The translations under genes were made by a program, and so were the position numbers. From positions 37,597 through 101,596 of IMG/VR virus record IMGVR_UViG_3300042868_010125: a stretch of 64,000 nucleotides of DNA. The stretch is one strand, 5' to 3'. How positions within the stretch are numbered: the stretch's first letter is position 1; each line of letters begins with the position of its first letter. This document shows positions 18,429 through 35,128 of this stretch, piece after piece. The notes beneath the pieces are model-generated. The model did not search any database. It was not told where the DNA came from and saw nothing but the letters and a program-made list of their open reading frames with translations. The DNA comes from a virus.

Positions 18429-18673
18429 TTTGACCCACTTACATAAGCAGTTTCTAGAGTAATTGGTAGTGAAGAAAACCAGTTATCCGCATCTTGAATA
18501 AGAATATAAACTCTTTCTCTTCCAGTTTCAGTAGTTGTTTTAATTGCACTTAATTCTCCGAGCCATACCGCTCTGGCAACAACTCTAGATGGTATTCCGT
18601 ATCTTAGAGCAGTGGCTCTTATGCTTAGTCTTTTTTGTCCTTGTATCAAAGCCACGGCCCCTTCCTTACACAA
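18425..18673 (-). CDS. Excisionase-like HTH protein
   Basis: LSIRATALRYGIPSRVV..AV..GEL.A...RVYI...DADNW; ATGA overlap with primase. Start uncertain. Confidence 0.6.
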   Translation of the reverse strand: MCKEGAVALIQGQKRLSIRATALRYGIPSRVVARAVWLGELSAIKTTTETGRERVYILIQDADNWFSSLPITLETAYVSGSK

Positions 18674-18863
18674 ATCGTTGACGAACTATAGACCAGGTTT
18701 TGATAAATTTGAACCATTTACGCAATATTAAAACTATAGAGCTTTTAAAACAAAAAGGGAAGAGACTCGCCAATATAAAAAAATAAGATACCCAAATATA
18801 TGTCAAAATTAGACCATTAGTCAAAAGTCACTATAACAATAGTCAGATAGGTGCTCCCACTTC

Positions 18864-19202
18864 ATGTTCAATGGTACTCAAGTTTGGTATGAAATAGTAG
18901 GTATAACAGGAGCAATCTCAGCCCTTTGTATTTTTATGTATTCAGTTTACAAAATAGCAAAAAGGATAGATGGCTCCATTGGGGTAGATGGAGAAGGTAG
19001 AACTCTATCAGAGAGAATGGATAAAGTCGAATACCAACTTTGGCCTAATGGCGGTCAGTCTATGGCTGACAGGGTTAACTCCATAGACAAAACCAATAAT
19101 CAAATGATGACAGAAGTTAAGATTATCAAAGAACTTGTCCTCGGGATGATAGATACAAATCATCAAGCATCTGTAGAGGCAAAAAAGAACAACTTAGCAT
19201 AA
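18864..19202 (+). CDS. Membrane protein with N-terminal TM and coiled-coil tail
   Basis: One TM helix, then RMDKVEYQLWPNGGQSMADRVN. Confidence 0.6.
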   Translation: MFNGTQVWYEIVGITGAISALCIFMYSVYKIAKRIDGSIGVDGEGRTLSERMDKVEYQLWPNGGQSMADRVNSIDKTNNQMMTEVKIIKELVLGMIDTNHQASVEAKKNNLA

Positions 19203-19329
19203 AAAGGACACGCCGAAAAAAAGTTTGCTTAGGTGCTATGAAAAAGTAGCACTTACCGTTAAAGTACCCGTATGAAAACAGTGTTTACTTACACGAACAC
19301 TTACTTACATATGAAAGGGGTACTTTAAA

Positions 19330-19635
19330 ATGAGCCTATCGGAGAAGCTAAAAACAGCAACTAGGTCTGAACCAGGCCTTCCTTGTGGGGTATCTAGATT
19401 ATTACTTACAGTAAGTGATGAAGATCGTGAGGCTTTAGAAGCAATCTTTTCTACTAAAGCTGGTAACGGGTCTGTATCCAATTTAAAGATTCATGAGATT
19501 ATATCTAGTGAAGGCCATAACATTGCATTTGCTTCAGTAAGACTTCACAGAGCAAGAGCCTGTAGATGTTTTATAGGGAAAACTAATCAATTAAAAAAAC
19601 ATTTAAACGATAAGTTAGAAAAAAATAATGACTGA
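19330..19635 (+). CDS. Hypothetical Cys/His protein, possibly Zn-binding, coupled to the phosphoesterase
   Basis: CGV...VRLHRARACRC; SD GAAAGGGG; overlaps the next gene. Confidence 0.65.
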   Translation: MSLSEKLKTATRSEPGLPCGVSRLLLTVSDEDREALEAIFSTKAGNGSVSNLKIHEIISSEGHNIAFASVRLHRARACRCFIGKTNQLKKHLNDKLEKNND

Positions 19636-20830
19636 GTCTATGGCTGAAAGGTTAGCCGCACTTATATCTCCTGGAGAGTCGGGCTCGGATATAAGAAAAA
19701 ATAATACTCCAGAAGCGTGGCGTCCCCGCATGGAGATAGATGAGGCTGGCGGATACCTAGTATCTATTCCTAGATCAGAAGGAAACTTGCCAGATGCAAT
19801 AGAAATTTTAAAAGAATTTAATTTAGACCCAAAGGACTGGATTGTTCGCTCGGTTCGTAGATCTAGATGGCAAAGATATGACGGTGAGTGGTTAGAGTCG
19901 GCAAGAATAAATGTAGTTGCAGCCGAGATGATAAGAAAAGAAAATGATTTAGATTTAGAAAAACTTATAGAGGACATAAAAAAATGGAGACCTGCCGCTA
20001 GAGAAACAAAAGTAGCGGGAGAGTTTGCTTTTGTCTTTGCTCCCAGTGACCAACAAATTGGTAAAAAAGGTAGCGGCGGGGGGACTTTAGAATCAGTAGC
20101 AAGAATTCATCAAACTACTGAGGGTGGAGTCCATAGATTAAAAGAGTTACGCAAGATAGGTAGAAGCCTAGGAACAACTGTGATTGCATTATTAGGAGAC
20201 CATGTAGAAGGAAATGTTTCTCAGCATGGAAAACTACAAGGTCAGGCTTCATCAGATTTAGGGCTCACAGAGCAAACAAGAGTTGCCCGTAGACTATTAA
20301 TGTCTCAGATAAAAGCATTTGCTGAGATATCAGACAGAGTAGTTGTCCCAGTAGTTAACGGAAACCATGACGAGGTAACTAGGCAAGTAGTGGCTAATCC
20401 AGCAGATGGTTGGAACACAGAAATTGCTAGCGCTGTGCAAGATGCTTGCGCAGAGAATCCAAATTTAGCCCACGTTGAGTTTAGATATCCAGAAAGTGAC
20501 CATCAAACTTTAGCAATAAATATAAATGGAACTATGCTCGGCTTATTCCATGGTCATCAATCTAGAGACCCAATTAAATATCTTTCAGGTCAAGCGGCGG
20601 GACAAACAGCGCTAGGCAACTGCGATGTTTGGTTATCTGGCCACTACCACCACTTTAAAAGTATGGACATTGGTCCTCGCTTCTGGGCGCAGTGCCCGAC
20701 TCTAGATCCTGGCTCTGCTTGGTTTAGAGATAGAACAGGGCTCGAATCTCCTGCTGGAGTTTTAACAATGGTTATCGGTGAAGGGTATGACCCTCGCAGA
20801 GATATAAGCATTATCCCAGCTAGCAGGTAG
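19628..20830 (+). CDS. Calcineurin-like metallophosphoesterase
   Basis: SDQQIG, LGDHVEG, GNHD, FHGH and GHYHH motifs. Confidence 0.85.
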   Translation: MTESMAERLAALISPGESGSDIRKNNTPEAWRPRMEIDEAGGYLVSIPRSEGNLPDAIEILKEFNLDPKDWIVRSVRRSRWQRYDGEWLESARINVVAAEMIRKENDLDLEKLIEDIKKWRPAARETKVAGEFAFVFAPSDQQIGKKGSGGGTLESVARIHQTTEGGVHRLKELRKIGRSLGTTVIALLGDHVEGNVSQHGKLQGQASSDLGLTEQTRVARRLLMSQIKAFAEISDRVVVPVVNGNHDEVTRQVVANPADGWNTEIASAVQDACAENPNLAHVEFRYPESDHQTLAININGTMLGLFHGHQSRDPIKYLSGQAAGQTALGNCDVWLSGHYHHFKSMDIGPRFWAQCPTLDPGSAWFRDRTGLESPAGVLTMVIGEGYDPRRDISIIPASR

Positions 20831-20976
20831 AAAAGTGCTCTATAATAAAGGTAGATTTATAAACACTTTTTTATAAAATAAAAAGTAAGAGTACTAAAAA
20901 TCTTGTAGAATAGGCAAAGACCTGCTTAGTTTTATCTCGTTCAGACGTGTTCGAGTGAGAGTATTTTGGAGATTTA

Positions 20977-23277
<2,301 letters not shown>

Positions 23278-23293
23278 AAGGAGCTGTTAAAAA

Positions 23294-25483
<2,190 letters not shown>

Positions 25484-25576
25484 TTTAATAAGAATTTAGA
25501 GTTTAATTTTATTTTAATCACCTTTTTTATTTAGGGTAAAATTGGCTTTGGGAATCATCCCACTCGAGTGAAATGA

Positions 25577-27724
<2,148 letters not shown>

Positions 27725-27740
27725 CCTAAATATTAGGTAG

Positions 27741-27778
27741 AAACTGCCCATCTTTTCACGAAGGTGGGCAGTTTTTTT
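27741..27778 (+). terminator. Intrinsic terminator
   Basis: AAACTGCCCATCTT-loop-AAGGTGGGCAGTTT hairpin followed by a T run. Confidence 0.85.
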
Positions 27779-27840
27779 ATATAGAAAGTTCAAATTTGTA
27801 GTATAGTAGTGCCATCCTTTTGCTGAAGTAAGAGAGTAAT

Positions 27841-29133
<1,293 letters not shown>

Positions 29134-29158
29134 ACTAACAGAAAAGGAAAAATAAAAA

Positions 29159-29539
29159 ATGGCAGCAGCACCAAATTTTGCCGCGACTGTTCGCGTCTCG
29201 GCAGCTAATATTGCAACAGCCGACACTTCGCGTACCTCACCTACCAACGTAGGTACCGTGTTCACCGCAGGAGCAAGCGGCTCACGCATCGACGAGATCA
29301 ACATCGTCTCGACGGGAACTACAACCGCGGGAGTAGTACGTCTATGGGTATACACTGGTTCAACATACTATTTACTTCAAGAAGTTATGGTGACTGCTGT
29401 TACTCCATCTACTACTCAAGCTGTGTTTTCATCCACATCTACCTATAATAATTTTATGTTACCTTCTGGGCATTCACTTAGAGCAACAACTAATAATTCA
29501 GAATCTTTTAACGTTATAGCTTTTGGTGGAGACTTTTAA
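29159..29539 (+). CDS. Small beta-rich putative virion protein
   Basis: VFTAGASGSRIDEI..VRLW..LPSGHSLRA..FNVIAFGGDF; SD AAAGGA. Confidence 0.6.
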   Translation: MAAAPNFAATVRVSAANIATADTSRTSPTNVGTVFTAGASGSRIDEINIVSTGTTTAGVVRLWVYTGSTYYLLQEVMVTAVTPSTTQAVFSSTSTYNNFMLPSGHSLRATTNNSESFNVIAFGGDF

Positions 29540-29558
29540 TCTATAAAGGAGTCTTTTA

Positions 29559-32500
29559 ATGAATTATGGTAGGGAAGATGGATTTAATAATAACACCGAA
29601 ATAGTTAACGGTGAGTATAACCCTACAACTTTACAGAATGAAAGACAAGGTTATTTACGCTTTTTTCTTAAAGGATTTGAACCCGAGGATTTTTCATTGT
29701 CTTCTGTTGATGAGTCATATACTTTTAGTAAAAGATCAAGTAAGTCTTCTGTAGCAACAGGCCAGCTTTGGGCTAGAGAAACAATAAGTAAGACTCAAGT
29801 ACTATCTTCTGTTACATATGGAAACGGAGTGTGGGTAGCTGGTGGGGGACAAGGAAGTTTATTCATATCAACTAACGGTGGGACAGTATGGAATGTTCCA
29901 TCATCTTATACTTCTACCGCTAATAACATTAATACACTTTCATATGGAAATGGCGTTTTTGTAGCGGCAGGTGCTTCTGGATTCTTTAGAGTATCAACTG
30001 TAGAGACTACATGGAGTGCAATTGGAACTAATACTTCTTCAGGTATTCATGCAGTCGCGTATGGAAATGGTGTGTGGGTAGCGACAGGTGTACTTGGAAT
30101 ACTGTTACGCTCAGATAATTTATACACATGGAGTCAACCAACTACTTCAAATACAAGTACTTTAAACTCTATTTTTTACGGTAATGGTATCTGGGTTGCA
30201 GGAGGTAATAGTGGAGCAGTAAGAACATCTACTGATAGTGGTGTGACGTGGAGAGGATACGGATCTAACTTTGGCACAACTGCCATAACTTCAATTGCAT
30301 ACGGAAACGGCACGTGGGTCGCGGTGGGTGCAAGTGGAACGTTAAGAACGTCTACTGATGCACTAACATGGAACACGCAAACTTCACAGTTTGGTTCAAC
30401 TACTATTTTCTCGGTTGCATATGGAAATGGAATTTTTGCTGCGGTAGGAAGCGCAGGAACGTTAAGAACGTCTACTGATGCAATAAACTGGAACACGCAA
30501 ACGTCACAGTTTGGTTCAACTTTAATTCAATCCATTGCATATGGAAATGGAATTTTTGCTGCGGTAGGAAGCGCAGGAACGTTAAGAACGTCTACTGATG
30601 CACTAACATGGAACACGCAAACTTCACAGTTTGGTGCAACTGCTATTGCAGCCGTTGCGTACGGCAACGGTGTCTGGGTTGCAGGAGGAAGCGCAGGAAC
30701 GTTAAGAACGTCTACTGATGCAATAAACTGGAACACGCAAACGTCACAGTTTGGTTCAAGCGGTATCATTTCAATTGCGTATGGTAATGGAATTTTTGTT
30801 GCGGCGGGAGACGGAGGTACAATTTCATCATCAACTAACCCAGGCGTAGTGTGGGTTTCATCTAACTCTTTTTCTACAACTACTTTTACATCTATTACGT
30901 ATGGAAATGGAACTTTTGCTGTGCTAGGAGGCTCCGCTCCATCTATGCGCACATCTACAAACGCTGTTACCTGGGTTTCAACGATGCCTCCGATAAAACT
31001 TTCAGGTTCAAGTGGTTTACAATCAATTGCATATGGAAATGGACTGTGGGTTGTAGGTGGAACTTCAGGTGTTATGGCTATATCAACTGGAAATCTTGTA
31101 AAATGGAAAGAACTTGGTTCTGGCTCATCTACTATTCATTCAGTTGCGTATGGAAATGGCGTGTGGATAGCAGGGTACAGTGCCGGAGCTCTGCGGACCT
31201 CAACAGATAGTGCACAAAACTGGAATTTAGTTGGAGTAGATAGAACAGGTATATGTAGTATTGCATATGGAAATGGAGTTTGGCTAGTTTCACATGCAGG
31301 CACAGGTGATAGACAATACGTTATATCAACAGACAACGGTGCTACTTGGACTGATACGCAAAGTGCTGGATTAAATGGGCAGCAAGCTATTCAATTAAGT
31401 TTTGGTAATGGAACTTTTGTTGCTGCAATTACGGGTGGAGTGATACAAGCGTCAACTGATGATGGTACTACTTGGAGAAATAACGGAACCATAGACTTAG
31501 GCTCGTCTGCAGCTTTATCCGCTGTTGCATACGGTAGCGGCACGTGGGTAGCTGGAACTTCAAGTGCCTTAATATCGTCAAGTGATTCAATTTACTGGCA
31601 AAGAAGACATAATCCAAGTGGAGTAACATATTCTGCCTTTGGAAACAGCGTCTGGGTGGCAACTTCAGGAACTTCAATAAGAACCTCTGTTGATGGAATT
31701 TCATGGACACTGCAGACCTCTAACTTTGGTTCAAGTACTATATGTGCGGTTGCGTATGGGAATGGCACGTGGACAGCGGTAGGCGCAGGTGGAACACTGC
31801 GGACCTCAACGGATAACGGTGTGATCTGGAATACACAAACTTCACAGTTTGGAACAACTGGAATCAACGCTATTGCATATGGAAACGGCACTTGGGTAGC
31901 TGGAGGACAAGCAGGAACGTTAAGAACTTCAACAAACGGCGGTGTGACCTGGAACACGCAGACGTCAACGTTTGGAACCAGTGCGATTAGCTCGGTTGCA
32001 TATGGAAATGGTGTCTTTATAGCAGGAGGAGCAGGAGGAGCGATAAGAACTTCACCTGATGGTGTTACGTGGACCACGCGTACTTCTAATACTACAACTG
32101 CAATCCAGTCAGTCGCGTACGGCAACGGCACGTGGGCAGCTGGAGGAAATGGAGGAATGATAAGAACATCAACGGATAACGGTGTGACGTGGACAACACA
32201 GACTGGTTTTGGTACAAGTGTGATTAGCTCTATCGGATATGGTAACGGTTTATTCGTAGCTGCTGGACCTAGTGGTATGATGAGAACGTCAACGGATAAC
32301 GGTGTGACGTGGTATCAATATGGACCTAACTTTGGCACATCAGCTGTCCAGTCAGTCGCGTACGGCAACGGTGTCTGGGTAGCTGGAGGTGCGAGTGGAA
32401 CGTTAAGAACTTCAACTGACGCGCTTAACTGGAATACGCAAACGTCACAATTTGGTTCAAGTGGGATTAGCTCGGTTGCATATGGAAATGGAATTTTTGT

Positions 32501-34067
32501 TGCGGTGGGTATAGGTGGAGCGATAAGAACTTCACCTGATGGTGTTACGTGGACCACGCGTACTTCTAATACTACAAGTAGTTTGGATAAAGTTGCCTAT
32601 GGTAATAACACATGGGTAGCAGGAGGATTTACCAGTGGTGGAACTAACAGCATAAGAACATCAACGGATAACGGTGTTACGTGGACTACGCAGGCATCTA
32701 ACTACGGTGCTAACAATATTAACTCTTTACTTTATGGTAATGGAATATTTTTTCTTGCTGCGTCTAGTGGAAATTATAGAACTTCTACTGATGGACTAAC
32801 ATGGGTTACCAGAACATCTCCATTAGGTAGTAGCACCATAACAGCATCTGCTTATGGAAATGGTATATTTATAATTTCTGCTAACTTTGCAACGCGAATT
32901 TCAAGTAACGCTATAGACTGGTACACTCATGGTTCAAATTTTTCTTCTTCTCCTAGTACATGCGTTGTATCTTATGGTAATGGAATATTTTTAGCTGGTA
33001 ACAGCTCTGGTCAACTTTTTTCTTCTACTGACTCAATTTTTTGGACCACACGAACTTCTAACTTTGGATCAAGTGGAATTAGTGCTGTTGCGTATGCAAA
33101 CGGAACGTGGGTCTTGGGAGGCGCGGGGGGAACGCTGCGGACCTCAACTGATAATGCGATAACATGGAATACGCAAACTTCACAGTTTGGTGGAGCTGTA
33201 ATCCAGTCAATTACTTATAGTAATGGAATTTGGGTTGCTGGAGGTGCGAGTGGAACGTTAAGAACTTCAACTGACGCGCTTAACTGGAATACGCAAACTT
33301 CACAGTTTGGAACCAGTGCGATTAGCTCGGTTGCATATGGAAATGGAATTTTTGCTGCAGCAGGTGCGGGTGGAGCGTTAAGAACATCTACTGATGCACT
33401 CAATTGGTATGCTTATGGAATTCAATTTGGATCTTCTACTATTCAGTCTTCTGCCTACGGCAATGGAGTGTACGTAGCAGCTGGTGATGGTGGAACTTTA
33501 AAAACTTCAACTGATCTAATAGTCTGGACGCAACAAACATCACAGTTTGGATCTAGTATAATTCGCTCTGTTGCATATGGTAACGGCACGTGGACAGCGG
33601 TAGGCGCAGGTGGAACACTGCGGACCTCAACGAATAACGGTGTGACGTGGAATACGCAGACGTCAACGTTTGGAACCAGTGATATTCGCTCTATTGCATA
33701 TGGAAATGGCGTGTGGATAGCAGGAGGAGATACATTTGGTACAATTAGTATTTCAAGTGATGCAGTTAATTGGACAACTAGAGAATCAGGATTTAAAAAT
33801 GGTAAAGTTCAATCAGTTGCCTATGGAGATGGCTTATGGACAATTGTAAGTAGTGCTGAGCCTGTCAATAAGATAAGAACATCAACGGATAACGGTGTGA
33901 CATGGAATACACAACATTATACTGGCTCAAGCAGCTTTAACGCAGTTGCCTATGGAAATAATACATGGGTAGCACTTACTCAAGGGCACTTGTACAGATC
34001 TGACTTATTAGTGGGCTATAATCAACCTATAGACCCAAATCTATCTATTGTTGGATGGACACAATGA
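29559..34067 (+). CDS. YGNG/Asp-box repeat beta-propeller protein, 35 blades (putative adhesin)
   Basis: About 39-40 aa repeat I.SVAYGNG.WVA.G..GTLRTSTD...WNTQTSQFG, counted by hand 35 times. Confidence 0.85.
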   Translation: MNYGREDGFNNNTEIVNGEYNPTTLQNERQGYLRFFLKGFEPEDFSLSSVDESYTFSKRSSKSSVATGQLWARETISKTQVLSSVTYGNGVWVAGGGQGSLFISTNGGTVWNVPSSYTSTANNINTLSYGNGVFVAAGASGFFRVSTVETTWSAIGTNTSSGIHAVAYGNGVWVATGVLGILLRSDNLYTWSQPTTSNTSTLNSIFYGNGIWVAGGNSGAVRTSTDSGVTWRGYGSNFGTTAITSIAYGNGTWVAVGASGTLRTSTDALTWNTQTSQFGSTTIFSVAYGNGIFAAVGSAGTLRTSTDAINWNTQTSQFGSTLIQSIAYGNGIFAAVGSAGTLRTSTDALTWNTQTSQFGATAIAAVAYGNGVWVAGGSAGTLRTSTDAINWNTQTSQFGSSGIISIAYGNGIFVAAGDGGTISSSTNPGVVWVSSNSFSTTTFTSITYGNGTFAVLGGSAPSMRTSTNAVTWVSTMPPIKLSGSSGLQSIAYGNGLWVVGGTSGVMAISTGNLVKWKELGSGSSTIHSVAYGNGVWIAGYSAGALRTSTDSAQNWNLVGVDRTGICSIAYGNGVWLVSHAGTGDRQYVISTDNGATWTDTQSAGLNGQQAIQLSFGNGTFVAAITGGVIQASTDDGTTWRNNGTIDLGSSAALSAVAYGSGTWVAGTSSALISSSDSIYWQRRHNPSGVTYSAFGNSVWVATSGTSIRTSVDGISWTLQTSNFGSSTICAVAYGNGTWTAVGAGGTLRTSTDNGVIWNTQTSQFGTTGINAIAYGNGTWVAGGQAGTLRTSTNGGVTWNTQTSTFGTSAISSVAYGNGVFIAGGAGGAIRTSPDGVTWTTRTSNTTTAIQSVAYGNGTWAAGGNGGMIRTSTDNGVTWTTQTGFGTSVISSIGYGNGLFVAAGPSGMMRTSTDNGVTWYQYGPNFGTSAVQSVAYGNGVWVAGGASGTLRTSTDALNWNTQTSQFGSSGISSVAYGNGIFVAVGIGGAIRTSPDGVTWTTRTSNTTSSLDKVAYGNNTWVAGGFTSGGTNSIRTSTDNGVTWTTQASNYGANNINSLLYGNGIFFLAASSGNYRTSTDGLTWVTRTSPLGSSTITASAYGNGIFIISANFATRISSNAIDWYTHGSNFSSSPSTCVVSYGNGIFLAGNSSGQLFSSTDSIFWTTRTSNFGSSGISAVAYANGTWVLGGAGGTLRTSTDNAITWNTQTSQFGGAVIQSITYSNGIWVAGGASGTLRTSTDALNWNTQTSQFGTSAISSVAYGNGIFAAAGAGGALRTSTDALNWYAYGIQFGSSTIQSSAYGNGVYVAAGDGGTLKTSTDLIVWTQQTSQFGSSIIRSVAYGNGTWTAVGAGGTLRTSTNNGVTWNTQTSTFGTSDIRSIAYGNGVWIAGGDTFGTISISSDAVNWTTRESGFKNGKVQSVAYGDGLWTIVSSAEPVNKIRTSTDNGVTWNTQHYTGSSSFNAVAYGNNTWVALTQGHLYRSDLLVGYNQPIDPNLSIVGWTQ

Positions 34068-35128
34068 ATAAAAATATAAGAAAAAACTACTATGATACAG
34101 GTGAAATAGTATTTGGTATTGACTCACCAGGAAGTTCATGGGTAAAACTTGATGGAAGCGTAGTTAAAGTTGATAGTAATTTTTCTAATAAACTTTCTAA
34201 TTCTTCTTTAGCAAATTTAAAATTTTTAAATGATGGAAGTGGACTAAATATATGTGCGGTTGCGTACGGCAACGGTGTCTGGGTAGCTGGAGGTGCATCA
34301 GGAGTACTGCGTACGTCAACAGATGAACTTAACTGGAATACGCAAACTTCACAGTTTGGTTCAAGTACTATTTTTTCAATTGCTTATGGAAATGGAACTT
34401 TCGTTGCTGTAGGCGCGGGTACAGCTTTAAGAACATCAGAAAATGGTATTACATGGACTACGCGAACTTCTACATTTTTTACAGCCATATGTGCTGTTGC
34501 GTATGGTAATGGCGCGTGGATTGCTGTCGGTAGTTCAGCAAGTGTAAGAACATCAACGGATAACGGTGTGACGTGGACAACACAGACATCTAATTACAGC
34601 GCAACTATATGCTCTGTTGCCTACGGAAACGGCACGTGGGTTTTTGGAGGTGTAGGTGGAGGATTACGTACCTCAACTGATAACGGTGTGACGTGGAACA
34701 CGCAAACAACTTTAAACTATTTAGTAACAGGAATTTCTAAAATAGCGTATGGAAATGGAATTTGGGCAGTAGCTTCAATTAACGCAGATGATACTATACA
34801 AACTTCTACTAACCTTATAAACTGGTCTATCCCAAAAACGTATACATCAGGACAAATAGCCAGTTATGCTTTAACATACGCAGATAATAAGTGGTTATTA
34901 GGAGGAATAAACAGTCAAGGAATTATGATTTCTACGGATGCACTTAACTGGAATACGCAGATATCATTAAATAATATAAATTCGATAGTTTACGATGCAG
35001 CTTATGGTAATAATGCATGGGTTGTAGTTGGACTGGGCGTAATTGCAACAACAAAAATATTAACTACTTTTAAAACACCTAATACATATCTCGGTAATGG
35101 TGTATATGGATGGATGAAAATAAAATGA
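34064..35128 (+). CDS. YGNG-repeat beta-propeller protein, 7 blades, inside a tail-collar-like frame
   Basis: 7 repeats; N-terminal TGEIVF..PGSSWVKLDGS, C-terminal FKTP..GWMKIK; ATGA overlap start. Confidence 0.8.
   Translation: MNKNIRKNYYDTGEIVFGIDSPGSSWVKLDGSVVKVDSNFSNKLSNSSLANLKFLNDGSGLNICAVAYGNGVWVAGGASGVLRTSTDELNWNTQTSQFGSSTIFSIAYGNGTFVAVGAGTALRTSENGITWTTRTSTFFTAICAVAYGNGAWIAVGSSASVRTSTDNGVTWTTQTSNYSATICSVAYGNGTWVFGGVGGGLRTSTDNGVTWNTQTTLNYLVTGISKIAYGNGIWAVASINADDTIQTSTNLINWSIPKTYTSGQIASYALTYADNKWLLGGINSQGIMISTDALNWNTQISLNNINSIVYDAAYGNNAWVVVGLGVIATTKILTTFKTPNTYLGNGVYGWMKIK

Noticed and set aside
18674-18863. Replication origin next to the primase
   Set aside because: AT-rich, but no iterons seen; divergent promoters explain it.
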